A stretch of 29,304 nt of DNA from assembly GCA_051866635.1 (NCBI GenBank), contig JBJDXJ010000051.1:1-29304 (forward strand), read 5' to 3'. The stretch comes from Clostridia bacterium (GTDB lineage: Bacteria; Bacillota; Clostridia; UMGS1883). The notes under the pieces are model-generated. The model did not search any database and was not told where the DNA came from. It saw only the letters and a list, made by a program, of their open reading frames with translations. The translations under genes were made by a program, and so were the position numbers. Of this stretch, positions 26,213 through 29,304 are shown in pieces (the stretch's first letter is position 1; the number at the start of each line of letters is the position of its first letter).

Positions 26213-28717
26213 ATGGCAGATTTTGAAAATATGAACAACACAAACGAGGAAGGTTTACCTCAGAGTAATATAATAAATGTTGAACTGGTTAATGAAATGA
26301 AAACATCATACATAGATTATGCCATGAGTGTTATCGTTTCCCGTGCCCTCCCTGATGTAAGGGATGGTCTTAAGCCTGTTCACAGACGTATTTTGTATAC
26401 TATGAATCAGTCAGGCTACACTCCTGACAAGCCCTATAAAAAATGTGCGGCAACCGTCGGTGATGTTTTAGGTAAATATCATCCTCACGGCGATGCCTCC
26501 GTTTATGACGCAATGGTCCGTATGGCGCAGGATTTCTCCCTTCGTTATACACTTATTGACGGCCATGGTAACTTCGGTAGCGTGGACGGTGACCCTCCGG
26601 CTGCTTACCGTTACACAGAATCAAGGATGAGCAAAATCGCTCTTGAAATTTTAGGCGATATTGACAAGGACACTGTTGATTTTATGCCCAACTTCGATGA
26701 ATCACTTCAGGAGCCTACTGTTCTTCCTTCAAAGATACCTAACCTTTTAGTTAACGGTTCAAACGGTATCGCCGTTGGTATGGCAACAAATATTCCTTCA
26801 CATAACTTAACAGAGGTTATTGACGGTATTGTTGCACTTATTGACAACCCCGAAATTTCAATAGATGAGTTAATGAACTATATCAAAGGTCCCGATTTCC
26901 CCACAGCAGGTGTTATTCTGGGCAGAAGCGGCATAAGAAGTGCTTATCACACAGGTCGCGGCAAAATCTATGTAAGGGCGAAAACTCATATAGAAGGGGA
27001 AGAAGGAAGTAAACAGAAGATTATTGTAACCGAGCTTCCCTATCAGGTTAACAAGGCTCGCCTTATTGAAAAAATCGCAGAGCTTGTCCGTGACAAGCGT
27101 ATTGACGGCATTACGGGATTAAGAGATGAATCTGACCGTGAAGGTATGCGTATTGTTATTGAATTAAGGCGTGATGCAAATGCAAATGTTGTATTGAACA
27201 CACTTTATAAAAATACACAGATGCAGGACACCTTCGGTGCAATTATGCTTGCCCTTGTAAATAATCAGCCCAAGGTTCTTAACCTTAAGGAAATTCTTAA
27301 CCACTACGTTGAATTCCAAAAGGAAGTTATAAGAAGAAGAACAAGGTTTGACCTTAATAAGGCAATTGCACGTGCTCACATACTGGAAGGCTTGCTTATT
27401 GCCCTTGACAATATTGACGCTATCATAAAAACAATACGTGAAAGCTATGACGATGCCAAGGAAAACTTAATGGCTAAGTTCAACCTTTCCGAAAAACAAG
27501 CTCAGGCAATTCTTGATATGCGTCTTGCAAGGCTCCAGGGCTTGGAAAAAGAAAAAATCCAGGCAGAATATGACGAGCTGACAAAAAAGATTGAATATTA
27601 TAACGCAGTTCTTGCAAATGAATTTATGGTTCTTGATATCATCAAGGAAGAACTTGGTGAAATCAAGCATAAGTTCGGCGATGAAAGAAGAACGGAAATC
27701 ACAAACTCCTTTGAAGATATTGACATAGAAGACCTTATCGAAGAAGAAGAAAATGTTGTCACACTTACAAACTTCGGCTATGTAAAACGTATGGATTCCG
27801 ATGTTTACAGAGCTCAGCGTCGTGGCGGCAGAGGTATAACAGGTTTACAGACAAGGGAAGAGGACTTTGTAAATACTATCATATCCACCTCAACCCACGA
27901 TACACTTCTCTTCTTTACAAATAAGGGCAGAATGTACCGCCTCAAGGCTTATCAGCTTCCTGAAGCAGGCAGACAGGCTAAGGGTACTCCTATCGTTAAC
28001 CTTATCCCCATCGAAAACGGTGAAAAAGTTACTGCTCTTATTCCAATCCGTGAATTTGAGGAAGGTAAGTTTATCGTTATGGTAACACGAAACGGTATTA
28101 TTAAGCGTACATTCCTTACAGAATATGATTCCGTAAGAAAGAACAGCGGACTTCTTGCCATTAATCTTGACGAAGAAGATGAACTTATTTCTGTTAAGAT
28201 TACAGACGGCAGTGACAATATAGTTATCGGCACACATGACGGCATGGCTATAAGGTTTGACGAAAATAATGTCCGTGAAATGGGCAGAGTAACACATGGC
28301 GTTAAGGGTATCACACTCCGTGAAGGTGACTATGTAATAGGTGCCGCTGTTGCCAGCGAGGGTAAGGACCTTCTTGTTGTTACAGAAAACGGATACGGCA
28401 AAAAGACTGACTTTGACGAATACCGTATACAAAGCCGTGGCGGTATAGGTCTTAAAAATTATAATATTTCCGATAAGACAGGCAAGATTGTATCTATCCA
28501 TTCCGTAACGGAAGAAGATGATATTATGCTTATCACAAGCGAAGGCGTTGTTATAAGACTTAATACAAATGAAATCCGAAGCATCGGCAGAAGCACTGCC
28601 GGCGTAAGGCTTATGCGTCTTGAAGACGGTGTCAATGTGGTTTCTGTTGCAAAATGCGAGAGAGAGGAAGACTCTGCAGAAATTACAGACTCCGAAGAAC
28701 CTTCTGAAACCGAATAA
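26213..28717 (+). CDS. gyrA: DNA gyrase subunit A.
   Basis: 834 aa with [21 protein letters not shown], the active-site Tyr context [14 protein letters not shown], the GyrA box [10 protein letters not shown], and an acidic C-terminal tail. Confidence 0.97.
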   Translation: MADFENMNNTNEEGLPQSNIINVELVNEMKTSYIDYAMSVIVSRALPDVRDGLKPVHRRILYTMNQSGYTPDKPYKKCAATVGDVLGKYHPHGDASVYDAMVRMAQDFSLRYTLIDGHGNFGSVDGDPPAAYRYTESRMSKIALEILGDIDKDTVDFMPNFDESLQEPTVLPSKIPNLLVNGSNGIAVGMATNIPSHNLTEVIDGIVALIDNPEISIDELMNYIKGPDFPTAGVILGRSGIRSAYHTGRGKIYVRAKTHIEGEEGSKQKIIVTELPYQVNKARLIEKIAELVRDKRIDGITGLRDESDREGMRIVIELRRDANANVVLNTLYKNTQMQDTFGAIMLALVNNQPKVLNLKEILNHYVEFQKEVIRRRTRFDLNKAIARAHILEGLLIALDNIDAIIKTIRESYDDAKENLMAKFNLSEKQAQAILDMRLARLQGLEKEKIQAEYDELTKKIEYYNAVLANEFMVLDIIKEELGEIKHKFGDERRTEITNSFEDIDIEDLIEEEENVVTLTNFGYVKRMDSDVYRAQRRGGRGITGLQTREEDFVNTIISTSTHDTLLFFTNKGRMYRLKAYQLPEAGRQAKGTPIVNLIPIENGEKVTALIPIREFEEGKFIVMVTRNGIIKRTFLTEYDSVRKNSGLLAINLDEEDELISVKITDGSDNIVIGTHDGMAIRFDENNVREMGRVTHGVKGITLREGDYVIGAAVASEGKDLLVVTENGYGKKTDFDEYRIQSRGGIGLKNYNISDKTGKIVSIHSVTEEDDIMLITSEGVVIRLNTNEIRSIGRSTAGVRLMRLEDGVNVVSVAKCEREEDSAEITDSEEPSETE

Positions 28718-28724
28718 ATTATCT

Positions 28725-28752
28725 AACCGGCTACAAAAAACTGTAGCCGGTT
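28725..28752 (+). terminator. Stem-loop after gyrA; a weak or partial terminator.
   Basis: AACCGGCTACA (28725-28735), loop aaaaac, TGTAGCCGGTT (28742-28752). Only TT follows before ctctgagg, so there is no real U-tract and read-through into the next gene is likely. Confidence 0.4.
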
Positions 28753-28770
28753 CTCTGAGGTGTAAAAATT

Positions 28771-29304
28771 ATGAAAAAAGTTATTATACTTTTATTATGC
28801 AGTGTATTTCTTTTATCAGGCTGTTCCGATTATGTAACACTTACTTATCCTTCTTATCTTTTTGAAACAGAGGATGCTTTAAATGAAACAGTTGACAGTC
28901 TAAAAGGTTCAGAAGGTATGAAAAAGGTTACTGTGAACTCTGACGGCTCTGTGACACTTAAAATGACAGAAGAGAGATATGAAAAAATTAGAAATGCCGC
29001 ATATTCAACAGTAAGCGGTATCCCCGTTTATGCCATAAGCGATACTACAGCGGTGAAAGACTATACGGCAAACGAGGACTTTACTAAGATTGACATAACT
29101 GTAGATAAAGAAAGCGAAACTTTACAAAGCGAAACACAGTTTATTATTTATGCAGTAAGACTTTATCATGTATGTAATATGGAAGAAAATGCAACAGTTA
29201 TGGTAAATTTAATTGATTATGAAACAGGTAATGTTTATTTAACTGAAACATACTCTGTCAAAGACGGAGATATTACTACAGCTCCTACAGAAGAACCGGC
29301 ATAA
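28771..29304 (+). CDS. Putative lipoprotein of unknown function.
   Basis: 177 aa. The signal peptide has the lipobox MKKVIILLLCSVFLLSG|C. The mature part is acidic and Thr/Glu-rich with no motif I recognise. The RBS GAGGTG is 8 nt upstream, and the stop is the last codon of the window. Confidence 0.7.
   Translation: MKKVIILLLCSVFLLSGCSDYVTLTYPSYLFETEDALNETVDSLKGSEGMKKVTVNSDGSVTLKMTEERYEKIRNAAYSTVSGIPVYAISDTTAVKDYTANEDFTKIDITVDKESETLQSETQFIIYAVRLYHVCNMEENATVMVNLIDYETGNVYLTETYSVKDGDITTAPTEEPA

Overview
This window is the chromosomal replication-origin region of a low-GC Gram-positive bacterium; the Clostridia-like taxon is inferred only from gene order and protein motifs. Gene polarity flips at about 19.6-20.0 kb. 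Everything to the left is on the minus strand: rpmH-rnpA-yidD-yidC-jag, then mnmE-mnmG-rsmG, noc, and soj(parA)-spo0J(parB)-serS. This is followed by an accessory four-gene glycoside-hydrolase cluster: two giant paralogous secreted GH16 multidomain proteins, a GH1 beta-glucosidase and a GH43 enzyme. Everything to the right is on the plus strand: dnaA-dnaN-yaaA-recF-remB(DUF370)-gyrB-gyrA, then a small lipoprotein gene. A bipartite oriC can be read directly. The rpmH-dnaA spacer holds divergent near-consensus sigma-A promoters and four DnaA boxes. The dnaA-dnaN spacer holds one box, a short GC cluster, TAN triplets and an AT-rich unwinding region. Two parS sites flank the soj-spo0J operon. I saw no rRNA or tRNA gene, CRISPR array, transposase or integrase, and no recognisable defence or toxin system. 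Most of the window is ordinary, highly conserved housekeeping DNA. The best novelty candidates are the GH16 pair with an unassigned repeated module and a nested domain insertion, the fusion of this cluster directly behind serS, operator-like architecture at the soj promoter, and unusual residues in the quinolone-pocket motifs of GyrA and GyrB. I cannot substantiate a genuinely undescribed multi-gene system from sequence alone.
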